Numbered from the stretch's first letter, positions 1 through 8,693 are shown. The stretch: 35,514 nt of DNA from a virus (IMGVR_UViG_2698536443_000010:1-35514); one strand, 5' to 3'. A program made the numbers and translations. The notes: a model not told the origin generated them from the sequence alone.

Positions 1-65
1 CCTCCGGCAGAAGCAGAAAAAGCTTATTATGCTTCCATCGGAAACGATGATCTGGCAGCCTGAGT

Positions 66-458
66 TCACAGATAAAACACTCTCCAGGAAACCCGGGGCG
101 GTTCACACTTCGTATTATCATCAACCTTGTCAAACCGCCGATTCATCTCATCCATAATCTTGTCAAAGCGTTTATCCATCGCTTCGGTAAGCTCACCCTT
201 CAGGCTGTTAATGTCTGATTTGAGCTGCTCTTTCAGGTTAGCTGTATCAGATTTAAGCTCACCTTTCAGATTCGCAATATCGCATTCAAGATCACCTTTC
301 AGATGTGCTATGTCTGCTTTGAGTTCACCTTTCACCTCACCAACATCGGCTTTAGTTGAGAGGTTTGTAGTGCGTTCAGCAAGCGTCGCAAGGTCGTTTC
401 TTGTTAGCGATAAATCACCTTCGAGCCGCTCAATTCGCCTTTCAAGTTTATCTGACAT
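66..458 (-). CDS. Hypothetical coiled-coil protein with five 11-residue repeats (LKGELKxDIAx-type); start chosen at ATG 458 with GGAGG RBS, ORF extends in frame to 575
   Basis: ORF track 66..575; GGAGG 5-6 nt upstream of ATG at 458; 5 x 33-bp tandem DNA repeats at 190..354 encode the repeats. No recognised homologue. Confidence 0.5.
   Translation of the reverse strand: MSDKLERRIERLEGDLSLTRNDLATLAERTTNLSTKADVGEVKGELKADIAHLKGDLECDIANLKGELKSDTANLKEQLKSDINSLKGELTEAMDKRFDKIMDEMNRRFDKVDDNTKCEPPRVSWRVFYL
190..354. repeat. Five imperfect 33-bp tandem repeats (coding, within the coiled-coil gene)
   Basis: Units begin agctcaccc / agctgctct / agctcacct / agatcacct / agttcacct, each followed by ttca(g/c). 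Confidence 0.8.
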
Positions 459-558
459 TCCGCCTCCACTACTGCCGCCATCGCCACCATGATAAAGCAC
501 ATCACGCTCAGAATGCGACACACTACCTGCTGAATTACCGAAAAGATTTCTTGCTACA

Positions 559-1059
559 TTACCCATTATCACCATCCTGCGCTTTGTCTTTCTCCAACCA
601 CTTCAGCACCGCAGACGTACGATAAAGGCTCAGGTAACCACAATTCAGGCAATGCAGCGTGTAATAAGTTTTGCGCATATCAGGTATGCTCTTAACATCA
701 CCCAAAAAAGCATAAGATACATAATGCTTTATGTTCTCTTTAATTAACTCACTCTGCTCCTCCAGGGGTAGATTGTTAAAATTTTCTGGTTTCTTATTTT
801 TATCCCAGCAAAGATCCATACTTTCTGGAACAGATAATCGCGACGATCCACATGAAGGGCAGACACTGGAGACCCCCTTCTCAGACAAGAAACGGAAGAA
901 GATTTCTGGCGTAATCTCCATCAGCCGCTCTTTATGTTTTTTGACACGACTCATCGACTTCTTATTGATTTCATCAGCTTCTTCTTTGCATTTATCTTCT
1001 ATATATTTCGATAGTAAATAGTCATATAACTCTTTTTTTGTAGGTTTTTTTATTTCCAT
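559..1059 (-). CDS. Hypothetical protein with two CxxC pairs (CPSC ... CLNC), putative zinc ribbon; AT-rich moron
   Basis: 166-aa ORF; start 2 nt downstream of the int stop codon; strongly AT-rich, Lys/Glu-rich N-terminus. Confidence 0.5.
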   Translation of the reverse strand: MEIKKPTKKELYDYLLSKYIEDKCKEEADEINKKSMSRVKKHKERLMEITPEIFFRFLSEKGVSSVCPSCGSSRLSVPESMDLCWDKNKKPENFNNLPLEEQSELIKENIKHYVSYAFLGDVKSIPDMRKTYYTLHCLNCGYLSLYRTSAVLKWLEKDKAQDGDNG

Positions 1060-1061
1060 AG

Positions 1062-2039
1062 TTACATTCCTCCCAAGGGATTAAACCTCACCGCATCCTG
1101 CAAGTAATCCGGCGCAAGATGGGCATAAATCATCGTTGTCTGAATCTTTGCGTGCCCCAGAATTTTCTGGAGCGTCAGAATATTGCCGCCGTTCATCATG
1201 AAATGACTGGCGAAGGTGTGGCGCAGCGCATGAACAGCCTGGCCGTCAGGAACATCAGGTGCGACCGTTTTGATGACATCGCGAACCAATGAATAATCCA
1301 GCGTCGGAAACACCAGTTTCCCGCCCCGTTTTTTGATCTTTTCAAACAGGCTTTCAGAAATAGGAACGGTACGGTTTTTGCTGTTCTTCGTTTTTGAAAA
1401 AGTGATTCGACAATGAAGAACACGGCGCTGCTCCAGTGCCGCTACCTCGCCCCATCGCGCCCCGGTCGACAGAAGGATTTCGACGGCCAGCCGTTCATCG
1501 GGATTTTCAGCCAGTGCATCCAGCAACTGAACACATTCAGACTTACTCAGATATCCCATTTCACGCTCGTTAACCTTCATTCCTTTAAGGCCTTGAACGG
1601 GGTTATCGTTAAGAAAATGGCCGGATGAGATGAGTGCGGTAAACATCGCGCTTAACGCCCCAATCTCTCGATTTATGGTGCTGGGCTGTATCCCCTGCTC
1701 TATCCTGGACACACGTAGCTCGGTGAGCATCGTTGTATTAAGTTTATGCACGCACGGGTCATCCATTGCCTCACTCAAGCGCAGCAATTTAAGGCGCGTG
1801 TTATGCCCTGACTTCATTAGCTGGCCGTGGTATTTCCACCACAAGTCAATAAGCACTGACAGCGGACGGCGATCAATGGAGTTTCCTTTCCACTCATTGT
1901 TATGCTGTTGCGCCAGCACCCACCGCTCATATAAAACTGCATCCGATTTCGTTTTAAATTTTTTGCGAATGCGTTTGCCTTTACGCCCCTCAGGACGCAT
2001 GTCAAGAAGATACCCTCCCGGAATTGATTTTATGCTCAT
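1062..2039 (-). CDS. int: Tyrosine integrase, P2 Int-like
   Basis: Resembles P2 Int from MSIKSI...RPEGRKGKRIRKKF; C-terminal HALRHTFASHFMMNGG...ILGHAKIQTTMIYAHL catalytic region. Start at internal ATG 2039 by homology; ORF extends to 2189. Confidence 0.9.
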   Translation of the reverse strand: MSIKSIPGGYLLDMRPEGRKGKRIRKKFKTKSDAVLYERWVLAQQHNNEWKGNSIDRRPLSVLIDLWWKYHGQLMKSGHNTRLKLLRLSEAMDDPCVHKLNTTMLTELRVSRIEQGIQPSTINREIGALSAMFTALISSGHFLNDNPVQGLKGMKVNEREMGYLSKSECVQLLDALAENPDERLAVEILLSTGARWGEVAALEQRRVLHCRITFSKTKNSKNRTVPISESLFEKIKKRGGKLVFPTLDYSLVRDVIKTVAPDVPDGQAVHALRHTFASHFMMNGGNILTLQKILGHAKIQTTMIYAHLAPDYLQDAVRFNPLGGM

Positions 2040-2088
2040 TCGTGAAGCCCCAGCGTTACAAGACCACCATGCCCCCAGCGTTCCATGA

Positions 2089-2400
2089 TTAGCCGGGCTG
2101 TGTGCCAGTCTTGCGGGATTTTTGAGAAGACGATGTGTTTTCTGGCCCATCAGGGGAGAGAGAAGGACTGATCTGCCCAGCAGCCTCATTTGTTTCGTTA
2201 CTCATCAACCACGTAGTGTATTTTTTAAATTCCGGGTGCATTGTGATTTTCAGTAAAACCTCCGTTCCCACACCTCGAATACCAGTCTCGTATTGCTTAA
2301 CCGTACCAACCGCAATACCTATTGAATCCGCGAACTTTGCCTGACTAAGCCCCTCAGATTCTCGAATTGCTTTTAGCTTCTTTGATATCTCTATTGACAT
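2089..2400 (-). CDS. C: Immunity repressor, P2 C-like
   Basis: MSIEISKKLKAIRESEGLSQAKFADSIGIAVGTVKQYETG (HTH) and FKKYTTWLMSNETNEAAGQISPSL resemble P2 C; AGGTG RBS before ATG 2400; divergent from rightward early genes. Confidence 0.8.
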   Translation of the reverse strand: MSIEISKKLKAIRESEGLSQAKFADSIGIAVGTVKQYETGIRGVGTEVLLKITMHPEFKKYTTWLMSNETNEAAGQISPSLSPDGPENTSSSQKSRKTGTQPG

Positions 2401-2495
2401 GGTGTGCACCTGAATACTATATTGGTTATCAGTTGAGTACCACTTGACGCTACAAAGAGCCACAAATAGCACCAGATTGAATAGGTTATCACACC
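2401..2495. promoter_or_regulatory. Immunity switch region (divergent Pc/Pe-type promoters, operators)
   Basis: Intergenic between leftward C-int and rightward early operon; direct repeat GGTTATCA at 2424..2431 and 2484..2491; TTGACG at 2445..2450. Confidence 0.4.
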
Positions 2496-2774
2496 ATGGC
2501 AAAAGTCCTTAACACATACGAACAAGCGGATTTTGAGCGTTTGGCGGCGTTCTACCCATACCGTAATGAACATGGGCTACCGGTACTTGAAGAAAGCCTA
2601 GAGGATTATGCGAAACGCACAAATCAAAGCATTCTCGCTGTAAGAAGGCAGGCTGATAGATCGGTAATTCCCGTTACTCAAGAAGGAAGAAACACAAAAC
2701 GCAAAGTAAATCTCTTCGCAATTTTCCTGAAAACCATCAGAAACGCAGAGAAATACGTGCAGATGACAAAATAA
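2496..2774 (+). CDS. First rightward early gene, Cox-position regulator/excisionase candidate (by position only)
   Basis: 92-aa ORF immediately right of the switch; sequence does not obviously resemble P2 Cox. Confidence 0.4.
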   Translation: MAKVLNTYEQADFERLAAFYPYRNEHGLPVLEESLEDYAKRTNQSILAVRRQADRSVIPVTQEGRNTKRKVNLFAIFLKTIRNAEKYVQMTK

Positions 2775-2788
2775 CGAGGTGTCATTTT

Positions 2789-3127
2789 ATGCTGAAACAA
2801 CGCCGTAATTTTTGTACCGGAACAGAACGCCACGCTAACCGTTTCACTACCAGTGCATCACGCAGCAACATCCGCTACAGCCTGAGTGATACACACGCAA
2901 CGCCGGATGGCTACCCAGTAAAACAAATCGGCGAGCACGCCTGGCTGATTGAGAAAGCTGGAATCGTGATCCACAAATGCCCACGCAATCCGTTTACCGG
3001 AAACCGCATTTTTGCACTGAGCTGTGGCGACAATCAGTTCGGGCAGGATTTCACATTATACGAAGCACTTCGCACGGTTGATCGTCTGCTTCGCGGGCAA
3101 AGTTTTATTAAACAGGCTGATTTATAA
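2789..3127 (+). CDS. Hypothetical early protein
   Basis: 112-aa ORF with GAGGTG RBS; early operon context. Confidence 0.45.
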   Translation: MLKQRRNFCTGTERHANRFTTSASRSNIRYSLSDTHATPDGYPVKQIGEHAWLIEKAGIVIHKCPRNPFTGNRIFALSCGDNQFGQDFTLYEALRTVDRLLRGQSFIKQADL

Positions 3128-3137
3128 CAGGTGCTTT

Positions 3138-3425
3138 ATGACCAAAGACAATGCACAAGGTGTATTTATCCGTTTTATTGATTTTCGCGGTGAACTGTTA
3201 TTACGTGCATCCGCTATTGACGGAGTGACTCCGGCGGGTAAAAACGGAGCCGACGAAGCCACTTACGTTTATCTGAACGGCACGCGACTGCTTGTGGAAC
3301 TTCCGTACCAGACCGTACGAGAAATCATCAGCGAAGCTGAAAAGGCACGCCAGGTTAATGGCGATGAACCCTATATCGAAATTATTTGTATGGATTCAGA
3401 AGCTGAAATACAGAAAGCAGATTAA
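3138..3425 (+). CDS. Hypothetical early protein
   Basis: Internal ATG 3138 with AGG RBS, chosen because the 3024 start would overlap the upstream gene. Confidence 0.45.
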   Translation: MTKDNAQGVFIRFIDFRGELLLRASAIDGVTPAGKNGADEATYVYLNGTRLLVELPYQTVREIISEAEKARQVNGDEPYIEIICMDSEAEIQKAD

Positions 3426-3433
3426 AGGGCGTT

Positions 3434-3679
3434 GTGATGGGCAAAGAATATAAAACTCTCATTAACAAAGCACTTGAGCGTTTTTATTTTCGCTTAAGTG
3501 CATCAGGCGCTCATGCTGAACGTGCGGCCCGTGACTCATTGACCAGAGCAATCCGAAGTCTGTATGACGTGGCTTTTTACGCTGATGATCTGGATGCACT
3601 TAACGAACTTTCCGAGCTGATCTGTGCCGCAGAATGCGGGGAACATATTGAACCGTATAAGCTGGGAAATATCGCATGA
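3434..3679 (+). CDS. Hypothetical early protein
   Basis: 81-aa ORF, AGGGCG RBS. Confidence 0.45.
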   Translation: MMGKEYKTLINKALERFYFRLSASGAHAERAARDSLTRAIRSLYDVAFYADDLDALNELSELICAAECGEHIEPYKLGNIA

Positions 3680-3789
3680 GTATATTTATTTCATGGCTTG
3701 TTCTGATTATTTCGGTGGTCTGCGCCATTGGGATTATGCGAATTATTAATTCAGTAAAAAAGATTGAACGCTTTTTCACTGAAGAATAA
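3676..3789 (+). CDS. Small hydrophobic peptide (37 aa, MSIFISWLVLIISVVCAIGIMRIINSVKKIERFFTEE), putative single-TM protein
   Basis: ATGA start/stop overlap with upstream gene; below the ORF-track length cut-off; translated by hand. Confidence 0.3.
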   Translation: MSIFISWLVLIISVVCAIGIMRIINSVKKIERFFTEE

Positions 3790-3875
3790 CCGCGCAAATA
3801 AGACCCCAGGTTAAATAAGAAAATGTGAAAACAATCCGCATTCGCGGAGGTATTCGCACACGCCAAGGAGGCGTA

Positions 3876-4079
3876 ATGGCAATTAAGCATTTTCCTGTCG
3901 TTCGTTTCACCTCCAGAGGACGTGAATACGAAGTTGACGAACGCCTGATTACCACAATCGACAAACACCGTTCAGAAAAGGATGCACATCACATCTATCT
4001 CACTGACGGCACTTACTTCTGCGCCACCAACGTGGTGCAGGTGAATCTTATCAGACAGGTACAGGAGTCACGCAGATGA
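3876..4079 (+). CDS. Hypothetical early protein
   Basis: AAGGAGG RBS directly upstream of ATG 3876 (in-frame ORF from 3825). Confidence 0.45.
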   Translation: MAIKHFPVVRFTSRGREYEVDERLITTIDKHRSEKDAHHIYLTDGTYFCATNVVQVNLIRQVQESRR

Positions 4080-4321
4080 CCATTCTGGACTACATCGCTG
4101 CCAATCCGGGTTGTAGCAGTGGAGAAATCGCCGCAGCACTGAATACACCAACCACAACCATTAATGCGGAGCTACGCCGTCTCTGGCGCAGCGGTTTAGT
4201 CACAAGAAAAGAGCGCAAAACAGGCGGTCGCTTTTCTTATCAGGTAAACCTGATGCCGTTTGGGTGTAGCAACCCACTAACCCAGATGTTCAACCAGCTA
4301 CTGAGGGAAATCAGAGCATGA
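4076..4321 (+). CDS. Small putative winged-helix DNA-binding protein
   Basis: 81 aa; ILDYIAANPGCSSGEIAAALNTPTTTINAELRRLWRSGLV resembles a wHTH; ATGA overlap with upstream gene. Confidence 0.45.
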   Translation: MTILDYIAANPGCSSGEIAAALNTPTTTINAELRRLWRSGLVTRKERKTGGRFSYQVNLMPFGCSNPLTQMFNQLLREIRA

Positions 4322-4446
4322 GCACCTCCAACTGCCGGAAACCACGTCGGGCTTCAGCAGCTCATCCGGCAGCAAAACAAACTCCATTAATTCCTGTTCC
4401 GGGCCTTTCCTGCACCTTGCGGCGGGAGGCCTTCGCACATCTGTAA
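4318..4446 (+). CDS. Possible small ORF (42 aa), ATGA-coupled to upstream gene
   Basis: Hand translation MSTSNCRKPRR...AFAHL; no other support. Confidence 0.2.
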   Translation: MSTSNCRKPRRASAAHPAAKQTPLIPVPGLSCTLRREAFAHL

Positions 4447-4462
4447 CAAGAGGATTGCCGCA

Positions 4463-4828
4463 ATGATTCTCGCCAACGACTTTCTTGAATACCTGCTCAA
4501 CACAGAGCGTGATCTTGCCGCTCGCGTGCGTGATCGTTATGACATGTACCTGAAATCCCTGCCTGTACCGCAGCTCGCTGACGGAAAGATTGTTATTGAT
4601 GGTCGCTACATGATTGACAGCCACGAGGGAAATTACAGGCTTTACCGCATTGAAGGTGGCACCCCGTCCGTTATTGGCATTTACCAGCGCCCATCCTCTG
4701 CAATCGTCGATGTGATTGCCGACAGCATCCGCATCACACATCGCCATGCCGACACAGAAGACACCGTGCTGGAAATTCAGCGGCTGGCTACAGTCTGCCG
4801 CGACACCCTGAATGGCATGACGAAGTAA
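4463..4828 (+). CDS. Hypothetical early protein
   Basis: 121-aa ORF, AAGAGG RBS; immediately upstream of A. Confidence 0.5.
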   Translation: MILANDFLEYLLNTERDLAARVRDRYDMYLKSLPVPQLADGKIVIDGRYMIDSHEGNYRLYRIEGGTPSVIGIYQRPSSAIVDVIADSIRITHRHADTEDTVLEIQRLATVCRDTLNGMTK

Positions 4829-4834
4829 ATCACT

Positions 4835-7657
4835 ATGACGGCAGAGTACATCAGGGACTGGCAACAACCGCGCCACGCAGTGGGGCGTGAAGGAACGGGG
4901 ATCCCCGCTCCTGAATCCGCGCTTTCCTCCTGGCTGGATGCCCACCGGGCAGAGAACGAGCGCCGCCAGGAAATGGCTGATGCGGCGTTCTCCGCCACGC
5001 CACTGGGCAACCTGATTAATAAAAGCCTGGACGCACAGGAAAAACAGGACAAAACCATCACACTGGCAGGAGACGCCAGAAAACAGGCACGCGGCGCGGT
5101 GGATGAAGCCATGGCCTCGCTGCGCCTGCTGCCGTCCTATCTGCGCGATCCGCTTATTCGCCACCTCTCCTTCCTGCGCAAAAAACAGGAAGCCGATCGC
5201 CGGAAAGGCAAAAAGAGCTGGCAGGCGGAACGCTATGCACGCGGAACCCTGCGCAAAATATTCGAACGTCTGGATCGCACTGACGGACACTGGCTGACAC
5301 CGGGTTATCGCTCCCTTGCCGGACGCGAACGCCTGGACGATTTGCTTTACCTGCCGCAGCTCAACAAACACCAGATACAGACGCTGGCCACCATGACGGC
5401 GGCGATGTTCAGCAGCACCTTCGAAAAACTCTGCGATGGCTTTGGCGCGACCGATGGCGAACTGACCATGGATGTAACGCTGAAGGCGTATCAGATGCTG
5501 GCCCGCATGGCGTTACACCTGCACATCATGCCTCCACATTATGACGCACTGACAACAGATAAAGACCGGAGGAACGAACCGGACACGGAGCTGCTGCCGG
5601 GCACAATCCTTCGCCTGACCTGTGCGGAATGGTGGAAACGCAAACTGTGGCTGTTACGTTGCGAGTGGAGAGAAGAACAACTCCGCGCCGCCTGTCTGGT
5701 TTCCAGAAAAACATCACCCTATCTGAGCCAGGACGCGTTAAGCGAGTTTCGCGCACAGCGCGAGAAAACACGCGATTTCCTGAAAAGTTTCATGCTGGAA
5801 AATGAAGACGGGTTCACGATTGATCTCGAGACGGTGTATTACGCGGGAGTAAGTAACCCGGTTCACCGTAAAGCAGAAATGATGGCCACCATGAAGGGAC
5901 TGGAACTTCTGGCCGAAGCCCGTGGCGACAGAGCGGTGTTTCTGACCGTCACCTGCCCGTCAAAATACCACGCAACAACGGAGAACGGTCATCCGAACCC
6001 CAAATGGAACGGGGCCACCATGCGCGACTCCAGCGATTACCTGGTTAACACGTTTTTTGCGGCGGTCCGCAAGAAACTGAACCGCGACGGCCTGCGCTGG
6101 TATGGCATCCGCACGGTGGAGCCTCACCATGACGGCACCGTGCACTGGCATATGATGGTCTTTGCTCATCCGGAAGAAATCGACACCATTGTGTCCCACA
6201 CCCGCGATATTGCCATTCAGGAAGATCGTCACGAGCTGGGCGATGACATAACTCCGCGCTTTAAGGCGGAGTATGTAGACGGCTCAAAAGGCACGCCAAC
6301 CAGCTACATCGCCACCTACATCGGGAAAAACCTGGACAGCCGCGCCGTGGATGGCATCGACCCGAAAACGGGCAAGCCACGCGTTGACCACGAAACCGGA
6401 AAATCAATGGCCGAGAGCGTGGAACGCGCCATCGGCTGGGCGCGCCTTCACCGGGTCCGCCAGTTCCAGTTCTTTGGCATCCCCTCCCGCCAGGTATGGC
6501 GTGAACTGCGCCGCCTTGCCAGCCAGATGGCACGCAACCCGGAAGGCCCGCAACGGCTGAAGGATGACGCAATGGATGCGGTTCTTGCCGCCGCTGATGC
6601 CGGATGTTTTGCCACCTACATAGAGAAACAGGGCGGCGTACTTGTTCCACGCAAAGACTACCTGATTCGCACCGCCTACGACCTCGCCGATGAGCTGAAC
6701 GATTACGGCGAACAGAGCGTACAGATTTACGGGATCTGGTCACCACTCATCGGGGAATCCTCCCGTGTGTGCACGCATCCGGATAACTGGAAGCTGGTAA
6801 GACGCAAACCGGAAGCGGAAGACAGCGCCCGCGAAAATGGTTTTGACCTTCAGGGCGGCCCTGCCGCCCCTTGGACTCGTGGCAATAACTGTCCCCGTGT
6901 ACAGGAAACGGACAACAACGGGACAAAACAGCCGGAAGAACGGCCAGCACCGTGGCCGCAGCTCCCTGACGGCGTTGATGTGGATGAATGGATGCGCTCA
7001 CTGAAACGGCACGAACGCCGGGCGCTGATGCGTTCGCTTCGTGACAAACAGGCAAAAAACAGCAGTGATGAAATGCAGAGCTGGACACAGAGCCGCAAAC
7101 AGCAGCGGCCTTTGCCTGATAACCACGAATTACTCGCTAAAGAATGGCGGGAGTCTGCTGAATCTCTCGGTCTGCATATCGGTGAACAACAGATGCAGCA
7201 CCTGTTACGGGGCGGCAGTCTGTACGTTGACGGCAGCATCATTGCACCGCAGGGATTTGAAATTGTACGCAAACCGGATACCCGCCCGGACAGCCGAATC
7301 ACGCAGCTCTGGCAGCGCCTGAGCCGTAATCATGGCGTAAGCAGCACGGAGATCCGCCATAACCCGGTCGCCAGCTATCTGACACAGCTGGGGGCATCAG
7401 ACCCTGAAGCCGCCGCACGCCTGGCATCCACACTTCAGCAGGACCAGAACACCATGAAAACACCCGTTACCGTGCTTTCTGACATGCTGCGCGCCATCCG
7501 CGACGCAGAGCACGCACAGAGAATCAGTGAAACCACTGAACGCGCCAGCCGCAAAGCAGACCTGCTGCGGGGTGGCCTGACCAGTGGAAACAAAAAACAG
7601 ACAGAAACGGGACTCACGAATCCCGTAAATGAGCAAAAAACGCGCAGCGATATATGA
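4835..7657 (+). CDS. A: Replication initiation endonuclease, P2 gpA-like, with long C-terminal extension
   Basis: Central region FLTVTCPSKYHATTENGHPNPKWNG...RWYGIRTVEPHHDGTVHWHMMVFAHP...SYIATYIGKNLD typical of the P2 A rolling-circle initiator; 940 aa. Confidence 0.9.
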   Translation: MTAEYIRDWQQPRHAVGREGTGIPAPESALSSWLDAHRAENERRQEMADAAFSATPLGNLINKSLDAQEKQDKTITLAGDARKQARGAVDEAMASLRLLPSYLRDPLIRHLSFLRKKQEADRRKGKKSWQAERYARGTLRKIFERLDRTDGHWLTPGYRSLAGRERLDDLLYLPQLNKHQIQTLATMTAAMFSSTFEKLCDGFGATDGELTMDVTLKAYQMLARMALHLHIMPPHYDALTTDKDRRNEPDTELLPGTILRLTCAEWWKRKLWLLRCEWREEQLRAACLVSRKTSPYLSQDALSEFRAQREKTRDFLKSFMLENEDGFTIDLETVYYAGVSNPVHRKAEMMATMKGLELLAEARGDRAVFLTVTCPSKYHATTENGHPNPKWNGATMRDSSDYLVNTFFAAVRKKLNRDGLRWYGIRTVEPHHDGTVHWHMMVFAHPEEIDTIVSHTRDIAIQEDRHELGDDITPRFKAEYVDGSKGTPTSYIATYIGKNLDSRAVDGIDPKTGKPRVDHETGKSMAESVERAIGWARLHRVRQFQFFGIPSRQVWRELRRLASQMARNPEGPQRLKDDAMDAVLAAADAGCFATYIEKQGGVLVPRKDYLIRTAYDLADELNDYGEQSVQIYGIWSPLIGESSRVCTHPDNWKLVRRKPEAEDSARENGFDLQGGPAAPWTRGNNCPRVQETDNNGTKQPEERPAPWPQLPDGVDVDEWMRSLKRHERRALMRSLRDKQAKNSSDEMQSWTQSRKQQRPLPDNHELLAKEWRESAESLGLHIGEQQMQHLLRGGSLYVDGSIIAPQGFEIVRKPDTRPDSRITQLWQRLSRNHGVSSTEIRHNPVASYLTQLGASDPEAAARLASTLQQDQNTMKTPVTVLSDMLRAIRDAEHAQRISETTERASRKADLLRGGLTSGNKKQTETGLTNPVNEQKTRSDI
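7605..7629. repeat. 25-bp dyad-symmetric element, copy 1 (aaacgggactcacgaatcccgtaaa), inside the 3' end of A
   Basis: Arms acggga / tcccgt separated by 8 nt; 21/25 identical to copy 2. Confidence 0.7.
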
Positions 7658-7677
7658 AGCGCGCACAAAACAGGCAA

Positions 7678-7702
7678 AAACGGGATTTCAGAATCCCGTA
7701 AA
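7678..7702. repeat. 25-bp dyad-symmetric element, copy 2 (aaacgggatttcagaatcccgtaaa), upstream of parM-like gene
   Basis: Same dyad arms; lies 32 nt upstream of the parM-like start. Confidence 0.7.
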
Positions 7703-7733
7703 CGATTAATTAATCAACATAAGGAAAAGCGAC

Positions 7734-8693
7734 ATGAAAATTTGTATCGACGACGGCTCCACCAACATCAAGCTGGCATGGACTGAGAACGGCGAACGCC
7801 GCAACGCCATCAGCCCGAACAGCTTCAAGTCGGAATGGTCTGCGCCGTTCGGTGGCACGCAGCCCGCGAACTACATGCTTGATGGCGTGCGCTATGGTTT
7901 TGATCCGGTCAGCGATCGCTTTGTCCAGACGACCGACACGCAATACCAATACAGCGATGTGAATGTCATTGCCATTCATCACGCGCTGGTCAAATCAGGC
8001 ATCACACCACAGGAGGTGGATGTGGTTGTCACCCTGCCACTGAGCGAGTATTTCGACACAAACGCACAGCCGGACATGGCCAACATCAACCGCAAAAAAG
8101 CGAACGTTATGCGCCCGGTGGAGTACCAGAACGGCGAAGCATTCACTATCCGTAACGTGCGGGTTATGCCTGAATCCATTCCGGCTGGCTTTAAGGCACT
8201 GGCTGACATGAGTCCGTTTGAATCCCTGCTGATTGTGGATTTGGGCGGAACCACGCTGGATGTGGCAAAGGTTCAGGGGCAACTGGCAGGTATCAGCCAG
8301 GTGTTTTGCGATCCACACGTAGGCGTTTCTCTGATGGCCGATGCCGTACTGGCGGTGATGGCCACTAACGGTATGCGCACCAGTCACCACATCGCCAATA
8401 CCATTATCGAACATCGCCATGATGAAGCCTGGCTGCGCCAGCACATCCACAATGACGCGCATTACGCCAGCCTGATGGCGGTTATTCGTGAAAAGGAAGA
8501 AACACTGAAACAACGCGTGATCCGCGCGCTGGCGGTTTTTTCGGGTTACGGGCGGGTGATGGTTGTCGGTGGAGGGGCGGAGATTGTGGCACCCGCTATC
8601 CGCGAAGCCTGCGGAGTTAATGCGACTTTCATCGCGGACGGGGTGCCACAGTTTGCTCTGGTTAATGGGCTGTACGCAATGGACAAGGAGTAA
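7734..8693 (+). CDS. parM: Actin-like segregation ATPase, ParM/StbA family
   Basis: MKICIDDGSTNIKLAW...YSDVNVIAIHHAL...VMPESIPAG...LLIVDLGGTTLDV...VMVVGGGAEI matches conserved ParM blocks of plasmid R1 as recalled. Confidence 0.85.
   Translation: MKICIDDGSTNIKLAWTENGERRNAISPNSFKSEWSAPFGGTQPANYMLDGVRYGFDPVSDRFVQTTDTQYQYSDVNVIAIHHALVKSGITPQEVDVVVTLPLSEYFDTNAQPDMANINRKKANVMRPVEYQNGEAFTIRNVRVMPESIPAGFKALADMSPFESLLIVDLGGTTLDVAKVQGQLAGISQVFCDPHVGVSLMADAVLAVMATNGMRTSHHIANTIIEHRHDEAWLRQHIHNDAHYASLMAVIREKEETLKQRVIRALAVFSGYGRVMVVGGGAEIVAPAIREACGVNATFIADGVPQFALVNGLYAMDKE

Noticed and set aside
1-65. attL or tRNA integration target at the window edge
   Set aside because: Only 65 bp are available left of the first gene; no tRNA-like structure or att core recognisable.
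1630-2088. 152-aa plus-strand ORF
   Set aside because: Antisense inside the integrase gene.
2401-2502. N-terminal extension of the C repressor ORF (MPWCDNLF...)
   Set aside because: Homology to P2 C begins at the internal ATG 2400, which has an RBS; the extension would cover the switch region.
4298-5371. 357-aa ORF on the minus strand
   Set aside because: Lies antisense within the 5' part of gene A and the upstream early gene; high-GC backbone readily produces long antisense ORFs; no RBS or recognisable motif.
7995-8513. 172-aa minus-strand ORF
   Set aside because: Antisense inside the ParM-like gene.
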